From a virus (Duplodnaviria; Heunggongvirae; Uroviricota; Caudoviricetes), in IMG/VR virus record IMGVR_UViG_3300014204_000132: a stretch of 64,000 nt of DNA. One strand, given 5' to 3'. Below, piece by piece: positions 48,738 to 57,751 of this stretch (position 1 is its first letter; every line of letters begins with the position of its first letter). The notes under the pieces are model-generated. The model made no database searches. It saw only the letters and a program-made list of their open reading frames with translations, and was not told the DNA's origin. The position numbers and the translations under genes were made by a program.

Positions 48738-49463
48738 ATGAAAAGTGATTTAATGTTAAAAAAATTTACTGGAACTTATGTATCTGGAACTGCCAGCGAA
48801 AAAGAAATGAGACATGTTTTTGGTGGTAAAATGTTAGATATAGAAGATACTGTCATTATTAATGATTCTTCTATACAATATTCTGATATAGTTACCGATG
48901 ATAATAATAATGGTTTCCAAAATTACCAATACGATACAAATGAACAGATTCAAATTATGGATTTGTATGCTTTAAAGGACGACCATTCTAATATTTATTT
49001 ACAATCTCAAACTGATTTAGATAAGATTAATAATACTAAGTGGGTATTGAAGATAAATGCGAAAAAAATTTTACAGGAATACTTATTTTATAAATTAAAA
49101 GAGAGTCGTACATTCAGATGTATTTATTATGAAGATTTGTATGGCTATGATGTTAATACATATATTAAAAAATATGTTGATGAAAACGTTTTAAACCGAT
49201 ATCAGTTTGATAGTATTAGGTTGTATGTAAAATATATTGATTTACTTGTTGATAGTGATATTTTTTCTTCAGTTAAATTGAAATATGACCCAATATTTAC
49301 TCGTACAGCTAATTCAAGTGAATATATCATAAAAAATGCTAACATTGGAGAGGTTGATAATATTTTATATCTGGATAATTTAGAAGTGTATTATAATCAA
49401 ACTAAAAAGTCTACTGAATATAAATTTGATTATTACTTTGATATTGTATATAAGAAAATATAA
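48738..49463 (+). CDS. hypothetical protein
   Basis: 241-aa ORF, 9 nt after the preceding stop. Confidence 0.5.
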   Translation: MKSDLMLKKFTGTYVSGTASEKEMRHVFGGKMLDIEDTVIINDSSIQYSDIVTDDNNNGFQNYQYDTNEQIQIMDLYALKDDHSNIYLQSQTDLDKINNTKWVLKINAKKILQEYLFYKLKESRTFRCIYYEDLYGYDVNTYIKKYVDENVLNRYQFDSIRLYVKYIDLLVDSDIFSSVKLKYDPIFTRTANSSEYIIKNANIGEVDNILYLDNLEVYYNQTKKSTEYKFDYYFDIVYKKI

Positions 49464-49531
49464 ACATTTTTATTTTTACTTTATATAATGAATATTAATC
49501 TCGGTGGTTAATAAAAAATATTTGTTGTTAA

Positions 49532-50017
49532 ATGAGCGAGAAAAAAAGCGGAATATTTAAAGATGAAGATATAAAGAAATTTGAAACATCTTTAATAGAA
49601 CTTAGTGAGAAATGTGAAGAATTAGATAAACACTGGAATTTAAAAATTAAAGAATTATCATTTAGATTTAAAACAAAAGATGGTAATGAGATTGTGGAAT
49701 TCATGGCAGATGTTTTAAATGAAAAACAAATGGTTCTGGAAGACATTCGTCAAGTTGCTGATAAATTAAGTAAATGTGTGAAAAGAAAGAGGGAATTGAG
49801 TGAACAAATATCCCAAATTTATTCTACTACTAATCAGATTAAAATGACCGATTCGAGATTAAATAAAATGGTCGAAGCTGAAATGAGTGTACATATTAGA
49901 CAAATAAACATTTATGAAATTCATATAGAACATTTAAGAGAAACTGCAAAGAACATTGAACAAATAAATTATCATATAAAGAATCGTATCGATTTAATGG
50001 GAATTTTAAAAATATAA
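49532..50017 (+). CDS. coiled-coil hypothetical protein
   Basis: 161 aa of heptad-like E/K/L-rich sequence. Hairpin TCTGGACAcaaTGTCCAGA just after the stop. Confidence 0.45.
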   Translation: MSEKKSGIFKDEDIKKFETSLIELSEKCEELDKHWNLKIKELSFRFKTKDGNEIVEFMADVLNEKQMVLEDIRQVADKLSKCVKRKRELSEQISQIYSTTNQIKMTDSRLNKMVEAEMSVHIRQINIYEIHIEHLRETAKNIEQINYHIKNRIDLMGILKI

Positions 50018-50075
50018 AATCTGGACACAATGTCCAGATAATTGACCTGATTTATTTAAACCAAATTATTCAATT

Positions 50076-50288
50076 ATGAAAAAATTTTGTGCATTCGGAA
50101 TAGGTTATTTGGATTGTAAAGGAGAAATAATCGAAGAAAGTGAAAATTATTATATAGTACACACCCAAGGTTATGGTGTTCATAAACTTGCATTAACGAA
50201 GAATACTAAATTAACAAAAGTTTTTGATACAATAGAAGAACGAAATAATTGGATTGATGAACAGGGATATCAGTATGATTCGAGATAA
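50076..50288 (+). CDS. hypothetical small protein
   Basis: 70-aa ORF. Confidence 0.35.
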   Translation: MKKFCAFGIGYLDCKGEIIEESENYYIVHTQGYGVHKLALTKNTKLTKVFDTIEERNNWIDEQGYQYDSR

Positions 50289-50361
50289 ATTACACCTTTA
50301 AAATAAACTTTACCATCAATTTTGAATATATACAATATATTCTAAAAAATAAAAACAATGG

Positions 50362-51918
50362 ATGAAGTTTAAATTCAATGCGGATAAATCAAAATTAATA
50401 CTCACCGAAGCTACTCAGATAGAGATTCACCAGTTGAAATTATGGTTTGTTAGATATGCCAAAGATTATAGGTTTATGACAAAATTTAAACTTGGGGTCT
50501 GGGATGGTAAAATAGATAATTATACAGATGGTTACTTTCGTTTTGGATTATGGCATGAAATTGTAAAAGTTTGTAAACAATATGATTTCAAATTAAAATT
50601 TCCAGATAAAGATGATTTTCCTTTCGATAATAAAATAACTTATGATGATATAGATAAGTTCGCCAAGGAATATTTTGATGGTTATAAACAGATGGATGGT
50701 ACGGATTTTATGCCTTACGACCATCAAATAGATTCTGTTTATAGAATGTTAAAATATAAATTTGGTGCAATAGAAGTTGCCACTGCTGGTGGTAAATCTT
50801 TGATATTAGGATTATTTTTATTTTACTATTTAAAGTATATAAATCCTAATGCTAATCTATTATTGATTGTTCCTTCGATATCTTTGGTAACACAATTCCA
50901 TGATGATATAATTGATTATAATATTGGTTATCATAAAGAACAAAAGAAACCATTCAATTTAAGGATTCAGGAATTCATGTCAGATAAACCAAGAAAACTT
51001 AGAGCTGGTGAAGAACCAAATGTAAGTATTGGTACATATCAATCACTTGAAAAATATCCAGAACAGTGGTTTAGACAATTTGATTTAGTAGTTTGTGATG
51101 AAGCTCATCAATCAAAAGCACCGAGTTTAGAAGCTATATTATCGAGAACTTTTGGTGCTGCAAATTATAGATTAGGTATGAGTGGAACATATCCTGATGA
51201 AGAAAGTGCAGACTTCATGACCATTACATCCTTACTTGGGCCAAGGTTACTGACCATTGGGGCAAGAAAATTGATGGAACAAAATATTATATCTGAGGTT
51301 AAAATAAAATCTATTATTATTAATCATAATGACCCGACATTTGCCGATAATTTATCTGTAATAAAACGTGCTGGAGATGGTAAACGGGCATATCTTTTAG
51401 AAAAGGAGTATGTTCAGAAATCACATAAAAGAAAAGAATTTATAAGAAAACTGATTGGAAAACTTAACCAGAATTCACTATTATTGTTTCATACCATTGA
51501 ATATGGTAAGGATTTGTTTGAATATATGAGTAATAATATAACGGATAAAGATTTTTATTATATTGATGGTACAACGCCCGGAGCGAAACGAAATGTTATC
51601 AAGAAAAATATGGAGATTGTTACTGGTAGACCACAGATTCTTATAGCATCATTTGGTACACTTTCAACTGGGGTTAATATTAAAGCTATTTGTAATATTA
51701 TATTTTTGGATAGTTTTAAAAGCGATAAAATGATTAGACAGAGTATTGGGCGTGGTCTTCGTCTTCATGCTTTAAAACAAAAACTGGTGGTATTTGACAT
51801 AGTTGATATGTTTTCTAAATCTTATAAAAATGCATTGTATCGTCATTATGAATCCAGACGGGAAACAATTTATAAAAAACAAGATTTTCCTTTTGATGAA
51901 TTGAAAATAGTTTTATAA
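50362..51918 (+). CDS. SF2 DNA helicase (UvsW-like, DEAH box)
   Basis: Walker A EVATAGGKSLI, VVCDEAHQS, SGTYPDE and QSIGRGLRLH (motif VI). 518 aa, similar in length to T4 UvsW. Confidence 0.75.
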   Translation: MKFKFNADKSKLILTEATQIEIHQLKLWFVRYAKDYRFMTKFKLGVWDGKIDNYTDGYFRFGLWHEIVKVCKQYDFKLKFPDKDDFPFDNKITYDDIDKFAKEYFDGYKQMDGTDFMPYDHQIDSVYRMLKYKFGAIEVATAGGKSLILGLFLFYYLKYINPNANLLLIVPSISLVTQFHDDIIDYNIGYHKEQKKPFNLRIQEFMSDKPRKLRAGEEPNVSIGTYQSLEKYPEQWFRQFDLVVCDEAHQSKAPSLEAILSRTFGAANYRLGMSGTYPDEESADFMTITSLLGPRLLTIGARKLMEQNIISEVKIKSIIINHNDPTFADNLSVIKRAGDGKRAYLLEKEYVQKSHKRKEFIRKLIGKLNQNSLLLFHTIEYGKDLFEYMSNNITDKDFYYIDGTTPGAKRNVIKKNMEIVTGRPQILIASFGTLSTGVNIKAICNIIFLDSFKSDKMIRQSIGRGLRLHALKQKLVVFDIVDMFSKSYKNALYRHYESRRETIYKKQDFPFDELKIVL

Positions 51919-51961
51919 TGAAAAGTTAAATATTATTTATAATTTTGATAAAATATCTAAT

Positions 51962-52264
51962 ATGGGAAAAATTAATAATTTTTATGATATTGTAACTGTT
52001 GTTTTAGATAGATTTAAAAAAAATTTAAATGAACCAATTAATTCTTTTTCAAAAGAAATTGTAAAAGAATTAGAAAATATTGGATATTTTGATATGAAAC
52101 AAATATCATTCTCTTGTGATTATAACGCAGATGACCCAGCCAGTATTTATTTAAGTATTCAACCACAGAATGATTACACAAAATATATTATGAAAGTTTA
52201 TTTTAATAAGTTTAGTAGGAAATTGAAAATTAAAGACATATTAGGCGATGAATTATATAGATGA
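51962..52264 (+). CDS. tail-motif family small protein, array member 1
   Basis: 100 aa. Ends FSRKLKIKDILGDELYR. Overlaps the next gene by 17 nt. Confidence 0.5.
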   Translation: MGKINNFYDIVTVVLDRFKKNLNEPINSFSKEIVKELENIGYFDMKQISFSCDYNADDPASIYLSIQPQNDYTKYIMKVYFNKFSRKLKIKDILGDELYR

Positions 52265-52574
52265 TGTATATACCAGATATGTGAGAGAAAAATATATAGT
52301 TTTTCAATCTAAATTCAATAAGAATTGTTCCAGAAAAGAATTTAAAAGATATTTAGAACAAGATATAAAAACTTATGTGTTGGAAGATTTAAAAATAATA
52401 GGTATTAATTTCAAAGATGTTAAGTTTAATTTTGATATAGTTCTTAGGTACGATTTCACTCTGGGTACATTAAGAATATTGGCTGATAATAAAACTATTA
52501 ATTTATTTCACAAGAAAAAGATTGAAATTGAACGATTATCAAAACTAAAAAATATATTTGAAGATGACATCTAA
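52248..52574 (+). CDS. tail-motif family small protein, array member 2
   Basis: 108 aa. Ends KKKIEIERLSKLKNIFEDDI. Confidence 0.5.
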   Translation: MNYIDDVYTRYVREKYIVFQSKFNKNCSRKEFKRYLEQDIKTYVLEDLKIIGINFKDVKFNFDIVLRYDFTLGTLRILADNKTINLFHKKKIEIERLSKLKNIFEDDI

Positions 52575-52929
52575 TATTGATTTTTCTGATTCAAATTGTC
52601 AATTCATTCATCAGAATGTTAATGATATTTTTAAACGACATATTATATGTTTTGATTTTGAGTCTGTTGATATTTTGAATATTAAAGAAATTATTAAAGA
52701 AAGAATAATCTATATGGTGTCTGGTATGGTTAGTGATTTTAGAGAAGAAGATTTTCGTTTTGATGTTGAATTAAATGTAGATTATGAAAGTATGGCTGAT
52801 ATATTCCAATTAAAGATAAACTTACACCCATTACACCCATATGCGAATATGATATTTAAAACAAAGAATTTTCACATTTTATCAAGAAAACTGAAAATTG
52901 AAGAAATTATCAACGATGAATTATCATGA
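52558..52929 (+). CDS. tail-motif family small protein, array member 3
   Basis: 123 aa. Ends SRKLKIEEIINDELS. Confidence 0.5.
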   Translation: MKMTSNIDFSDSNCQFIHQNVNDIFKRHIICFDFESVDILNIKEIIKERIIYMVSGMVSDFREEDFRFDVELNVDYESMADIFQLKINLHPLHPYANMIFKTKNFHILSRKLKIEEIINDELS

Positions 52930-53248
52930 GTCTAATGTAGAATTTATAAAGTCGGAACTTTACAGTGAAATTATTAATATATCGCCACGTAGAAATAATA
53001 CTTGGTATCCTATTGAAAACCCAGAACGAAGAATGTTATACAAATTAATTACAAATTTTGTATATAGTTTAACTAATATTTATATAAAACATTGTACTAT
53101 GATTTTTTATTTAAGCGATAGCACATTTAATATTAGAATTTATCCTGTTGATAATATATCAATTACTCTTTTTAATAATACTGATTTAATTTATCTGAAA
53201 AAGGTAAAAGATAGGAAGAAGAAACTCGAAAAAATATTCTCACAATGA
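52898..53248 (+). CDS. tail-motif family small protein, array member 4
   Basis: 116 aa. Ends DRKKKLEKIFSQ. Confidence 0.45.
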   Translation: MKKLSTMNYHESNVEFIKSELYSEIINISPRRNNTWYPIENPERRMLYKLITNFVYSLTNIYIKHCTMIFYLSDSTFNIRIYPVDNISITLFNNTDLIYLKKVKDRKKKLEKIFSQ

Positions 53249-53592
53249 ATTACTTTAATAAAAATATTTTTTATTTGATTGAATTTTTTAGAAAAGAGGT
53301 GGTGAATCTTTATAGCGAATCGAGTAAATCCTCATTATCACTAAAGTCTAAAGAAGATTATATTAAAGTTCGCATATTACAACATATTAGATTTTTAACA
53401 AATGAACTTATTTACGGGTTTGTTGTAAAAGTTGATTTTATTGGTAATGATGATTACTTTTTATTTATATACGATATGGATAAACTTGCAACAAATGTTT
53501 TTTATAATTTTGATTTTGACCAGTTGAAAAAACAAAAAGATAGAAAAATTAAAATAGAAGAAATATTTTCCGATGATAGGTGTACATGTTAA
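53245..53592 (+). CDS. tail-motif family small protein, array member 5
   Basis: 115 aa. Ends DRKIKIEEIFSDDRCTC. Start overlaps the previous stop (ATGA). Confidence 0.5.
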   Translation: MNYFNKNIFYLIEFFRKEVVNLYSESSKSSLSLKSKEDYIKVRILQHIRFLTNELIYGFVVKVDFIGNDDYFLFIYDMDKLATNVFYNFDFDQLKKQKDRKIKIEEIFSDDRCTC

Positions 53593-54556
53593 TTGGACTA
53601 AACCACACTTTAATAGAGAAAAAAGAGTGAATGGTACGCTTCTCGTTGATGGTAAACGAGATATTAGGCCGTATAAAATATCTAATTATCTTCTATTATG
53701 TCAGATATTATCAGCCCTTTTTTGGAAAAAATATAATGGTGAAGTACATTTATATACAGATAGAGAAGGATTTAATTATTATCAGAAGCTTGGTATACAT
53801 AAGTTTTATGATTATGTTAATATTGATTTATTGGAAAAATATGAAAATGTTAATCCAGAAGTATTCTGGGCTGCTGGTAAATTGCATGTAGAAAAACATT
53901 TACTGTGTCCTTTTGTTATGCTCGATACTGATTTATATCTTGAAATGGATTTAAATGATGTTAATTATTATTCAACTCCTATCAGTTCTACGCATTTAGA
54001 GGATACTTATCCACCTTATTACCCACCGATGGATAAAGTACTGTTTCATACCAATTATGAATTTCCAGAGAGTTTTAAGTGGGATAAACGGGCATTTAAT
54101 GTATCATTATTATATTGGGGTGATGATAAAATAAAAAAAGATTACCTCGATTTAGCACTGGGATATATGGAAACCTCTAACCCCAAAAAAGTTGATATAG
54201 ATGAATATTACAGTAGAATTATATTTGCTGAACAAAGATTATTAGGTGAATATGTTTTCAGTAATAACATACCCTACACAACATTAATAAAAGAATCTTA
54301 TAATCCAAGGGGTGATGATAAATATGATGAACAGTCGTGGTATGATTGTGGTAGAGGTGAAAACAGAGAAATAATAAGTGAAAAATTACTACATATATGG
54401 GGTCGAAAGAAAATATTTGATATTAATACCTCAGAAAGAGAATTTATAGAACATTTATTTATGGATTTAGTTGATATCAATTTTTCATCCTATAAAAATC
54501 AAATAACCTCTATCTTTGAAAAAAACAAAGACAGAGGCTATTACATTACAAACTAA
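53573..54556 (+). CDS. hypothetical protein (possible DxD glycosyltransferase-like)
   Basis: 327 aa. VMLDTDLYLEMDL contains a DxD. Weak evidence. Confidence 0.4.
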   Translation: MIGVHVNWTKPHFNREKRVNGTLLVDGKRDIRPYKISNYLLLCQILSALFWKKYNGEVHLYTDREGFNYYQKLGIHKFYDYVNIDLLEKYENVNPEVFWAAGKLHVEKHLLCPFVMLDTDLYLEMDLNDVNYYSTPISSTHLEDTYPPYYPPMDKVLFHTNYEFPESFKWDKRAFNVSLLYWGDDKIKKDYLDLALGYMETSNPKKVDIDEYYSRIIFAEQRLLGEYVFSNNIPYTTLIKESYNPRGDDKYDEQSWYDCGRGENREIISEKLLHIWGRKKIFDINTSEREFIEHLFMDLVDINFSSYKNQITSIFEKNKDRGYYITN

Positions 54557-54592
54557 AAATATTTTAATTTTTTCTTTTAGTTATTGTTTGGA

Positions 54593-55078
54593 TTACCAAA
54601 TAAAAATAAATCCGATAGCTTTTTTTAGTTTATCCCTGAATGGAAGAATGATTAGTGTTTTATCTCGGTATACGAAACCCATAAGGTCTTTTAAATTTTC
54701 ATCATAGAGTGTGTGGTATTCTCTGATGGCCTTGCGATAGAAAAATATTTTCAGAAGATAACACAACAGGGTCAATATTGGAAATGTTATTATTGTGTTA
54801 CCACCAAGTATTGATAAGAACGTGACACCTAACATTGTATAAGTTAGATATAGGAAAAGAACCGAATATGATATGTAGATGTGAGTTAGTTCGAGAACCA
54901 TTTCTTCGATTTTCTCTAAAAATAATTCTTTATTACCACCTTTTTTTATCAATTCGTTGAAATAACCCCAGCCTTTATACTGATTCCAGATGTTTTCTTT
55001 ATTTTTACCGAAAACCAAGCCTTTAAACACATAGTCGCTGTTAAGGCTAATTTCTTTGTCGTTGAGAAAGTTATCCAT
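54593..55078 (-). CDS. multi-pass membrane protein
   Basis: Several hydrophobic helices (VLFLYLTYTMLGVTFLSILGG, ITFPILTLLCYLLKIFF). 161 aa. Confidence 0.45.
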   Translation of the reverse strand: MDNFLNDKEISLNSDYVFKGLVFGKNKENIWNQYKGWGYFNELIKKGGNKELFLEKIEEMVLELTHIYISYSVLFLYLTYTMLGVTFLSILGGNTIITFPILTLLCYLLKIFFYRKAIREYHTLYDENLKDLMGFVYRDKTLIILPFRDKLKKAIGFIFIW

Positions 55079-55205
55079 ATTTTTAATATTTTTAGTTGTA
55101 ATTAATTATTTATACGTGTCATCTAATAATTATGATACAAATGAAATAAATAAACCCGTATAAAAAAAATTACACGGGTTAAAAATTTTATTTTTAAAAA
55201 TATTT

Positions 55206-55649
55206 TTAGCTTCCACCAACGGCAGACATCAATCCAGTAGGATTTGACATATTTCCAGTTTTGGCATAAAGTTTACCACTTTTAGGGTCTACACTATAAA
55301 TTTTAGATAATTTAGCATTAACCAAGGCATCATTATAGGCTTTTATAAAACTAAATAAAACATCTGGTTGACTTTTAGGATTTTTAATAAATTCGTTCTT
55401 TTTAGCTATTGCTATATCACCTGATTTTGTATTAGGATTAGATAAATTGAAAGAATTTACGATACTTCCAATTAATTTATTCTGTATTAGATTATCAATA
55501 TCAGCATCTTCTAACTTTCCTTTAGCAGCTAAATCAGTTATAAGTTGTTTCTGTTCTTTATTCATGCCGAATAACCCTTCATTGGTTTCAGATGTATCCA
55601 CATCTAATGAATATTGTTCGAATGTCTTTAAATGTTTTAAATCTTTCAT
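55206..55649 (-). CDS. putative packaged internal protein (CTS-like N-terminus MKDLKHLKTFEQYS)
   Basis: 147 aa. N-terminal basic-hydrophobic-F-E motif as in 56666 and 57180. Confidence 0.45.
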   Translation of the reverse strand: MKDLKHLKTFEQYSLDVDTSETNEGLFGMNKEQKQLITDLAAKGKLEDADIDNLIQNKLIGSIVNSFNLSNPNTKSGDIAIAKKNEFIKNPKSQPDVLFSFIKAYNDALVNAKLSKIYSVDPKSGKLYAKTGNMSNPTGLMSAVGGS

Positions 55650-55671
55650 TTTAGTTTGTTAATTTTTTAAT

Positions 55672-55760
55672 TATATATTAAATAAAAAAATCATTTTTTC
55701 TATTGATGATATATATTAAATAAAAAAATCATTTTTTCTATTGATGATATATATTAAATG
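55672..55760. repeat. 38-bp tandem repeat, 2.3 copies, in divergent promoter region
   Basis: tatatattaaataaaaaaatcattttttctattgatga is present exactly twice (55672-55709 and 55710-55747), plus a degenerate third start. Confidence 0.8.
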
Positions 55761-55830
55761 AAAAAAATGAAAAAAATTCCAAAGAAACCCACACCAACAA
55801 AATATATAAGAATAAATTTATTTATTTATT

Positions 55831-56160
55831 TTGACAACAATTTACTTAATAGAATGTATAAATGAATATGATGAACCTATATATAAAATAGGTCATACTA
55901 AAAATGACCCAATTAAAAGATTGCGCCAATTACAAACAGGGAATGGGAGAGTATTAAAATTAGTTGGATATTATTCAACCAGATATGGTACTAAACTTGA
56001 AAAAACATTACATAGGAGATATTCTCATTTAAACGTTACTAATGAATGGTTTAGATTATCATTCGAAGATGTTATTAATTTTAAAAAAGTGTGTGATATT
56101 ATTGAGAGTGGGTTAAGAACATTAGAAGAATCAAATAATTATTTTTTTAAAAAAATATAA
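55831..56160 (+). CDS. T5orf172/MUG113-type GIY-YIG-like domain protein
   Basis: IYLIECINEYDEPIYKIGHTKNDPIKRLRQLQTGN matches the T5orf172 core. 109 aa. Confidence 0.55.
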   Translation: MTTIYLIECINEYDEPIYKIGHTKNDPIKRLRQLQTGNGRVLKLVGYYSTRYGTKLEKTLHRRYSHLNVTNEWFRLSFEDVINFKKVCDIIESGLRTLEESNNYFFKKI

Positions 56161-56179
56161 AAAAACTAATAAAAAAACT

Positions 56180-56665
56180 ATGATAATAACTATTAAACCA
56201 GAGGATATTATAAAAAGATGTTTGTGGTCAGATTATAGAAGGTTTGCTTTGAAAAATCTATCTGAAGAAGAAATTGCCGAAATAATTGAAAAAAATGAAC
56301 CAACTGTAATATCAGAAGAAATAGCTTTTGTTATAGGATTATTAAAATATATTGAAACAGATAATTTAGTACACCGATTTAACTTATATTTATTAGAAAA
56401 CTTACAAATAAAAAGCAATCTTTATGATGATAATCTTTATATTAATAAGAATGTTATTATTAAAGATGTAGTTAGTTTTAAATACCGTTTTCCAGAAGCT
56501 TATAAAGCCGAAAAAAATTATATCACTGCTATACAAGATGTGGTTGAGTATATCGATGCTTTAAAAGAAAAAATGGACGGTTTAAATATTAAATATATTG
56601 TTAATAACGAGAAAACTTATGAGTGTTTAAGCTCAAATGAAATAAAGAAGTTATTATCTTTATAA
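56180..56665 (+). CDS. hypothetical protein
   Basis: 161-aa ORF. Confidence 0.45.
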   Translation: MIITIKPEDIIKRCLWSDYRRFALKNLSEEEIAEIIEKNEPTVISEEIAFVIGLLKYIETDNLVHRFNLYLLENLQIKSNLYDDNLYINKNVIIKDVVSFKYRFPEAYKAEKNYITAIQDVVEYIDALKEKMDGLNIKYIVNNEKTYECLSSNEIKKLLSL

Positions 56666-57163
56666 TTATTCATTATAAGGAGTAACTGAAATTATTTTGA
56701 CTTCTGAATCTGGGAATAATGTTATTTCGTTTTCATTTACCCACACACTATTAGTTAATAGTGTTCTTTCAAGGTCTATATTTGATTTATCTGTTTCTAT
56801 CTCATATAGAAACATAGGCGAATCATCATCAATACCTATATCAGCTATAAAGTGGTCATCTATATACATAGGGTCTGTTGTATAATGGTCACCCAAATCA
56901 AATGTATTAACTTCTTCTATATTTTCAGAAGCAAGAACCCGAAATAAAGTTATGGGGTTGGGTTGTTTTTGTATATAGTGAACATGTTCTATCAAATGTT
57001 CTAAAATTTCATCATCATCAAAAATACTATCACCAGAAGTACCTATTTTTTCTAAGAACGCTTCGACATCTTCATCTGTTATATCATTAATATCAGCAAT
57101 TTTTATTTTATCTATTATAGAACCACCACGACTGAAGGTTTCGAAAAGTTTAAGATGTTTCAT
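56666..57163 (-). CDS. putative packaged internal protein (CTS-like N-terminus MKHLKLFETFS), highly acidic
   Basis: 165 aa, very D/E-rich. Confidence 0.45.
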   Translation of the reverse strand: MKHLKLFETFSRGGSIIDKIKIADINDITDEDVEAFLEKIGTSGDSIFDDDEILEHLIEHVHYIQKQPNPITLFRVLASENIEEVNTFDLGDHYTTDPMYIDDHFIADIGIDDDSPMFLYEIETDKSNIDLERTLLTNSVWVNENEITLFPDSEVKIISVTPYNE

Positions 57164-57179
57164 TTTTATATTTTTATTT

Positions 57180-57749
57180 TTAATAACCGACTTTGTATAA
57201 TTTTCGGCTGGTGTGTAAATCTAATCCGTAATCTATTAAAACTGCTTTATCATTTATCTCACCCCAAGATGATATGGATGCTAAGTCATTAGCATCCAAA
57301 TTGTATTTATTTACCAAATTTCCCAATTTAACAGCAAATGGTTTTTCGATATAAAATCTTTCCATTTCATCACCACCCCAACCTTTTAACCAATGCATAA
57401 ACCCATTGAATTGAAATGTTGTTAATTCTTCAAATCTTTCTACTGAAATCATTTTAGCTTTTTCTTGAATTAACCACTCCCCTTTTTCACTATACTCTAA
57501 AACAATAGCGAGGACATCAGAAAATTCTTTATCTGTCCCTGCTTTTATTTCGGTTATATTTTGAGCTATACCTTTGAGGTTTTTAGCTAATTTTAATACT
57601 CTGTTTTCATCCAAAACATATACAGCTCTGGCTGTTCCAAACTTTTTATCTGGTATTTCTCGTTGAACTACATCTTTTCTTTGTTTGAAAGTTTTTAAAC
57701 CTTTCAATGTTTCTTGGTTAAAATGTTCAAATAACTGTATAAATCTCAT
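57180..57749 (-). CDS. putative packaged internal protein (CTS-like N-terminus MRFIQLFEHFNQE)
   Basis: 189-aa ORF. Confidence 0.45.
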   Translation of the reverse strand: MRFIQLFEHFNQETLKGLKTFKQRKDVVQREIPDKKFGTARAVYVLDENRVLKLAKNLKGIAQNITEIKAGTDKEFSDVLAIVLEYSEKGEWLIQEKAKMISVERFEELTTFQFNGFMHWLKGWGGDEMERFYIEKPFAVKLGNLVNKYNLDANDLASISSWGEINDKAVLIDYGLDLHTSRKLYKVGY

Positions 57750-57751
57750 GG

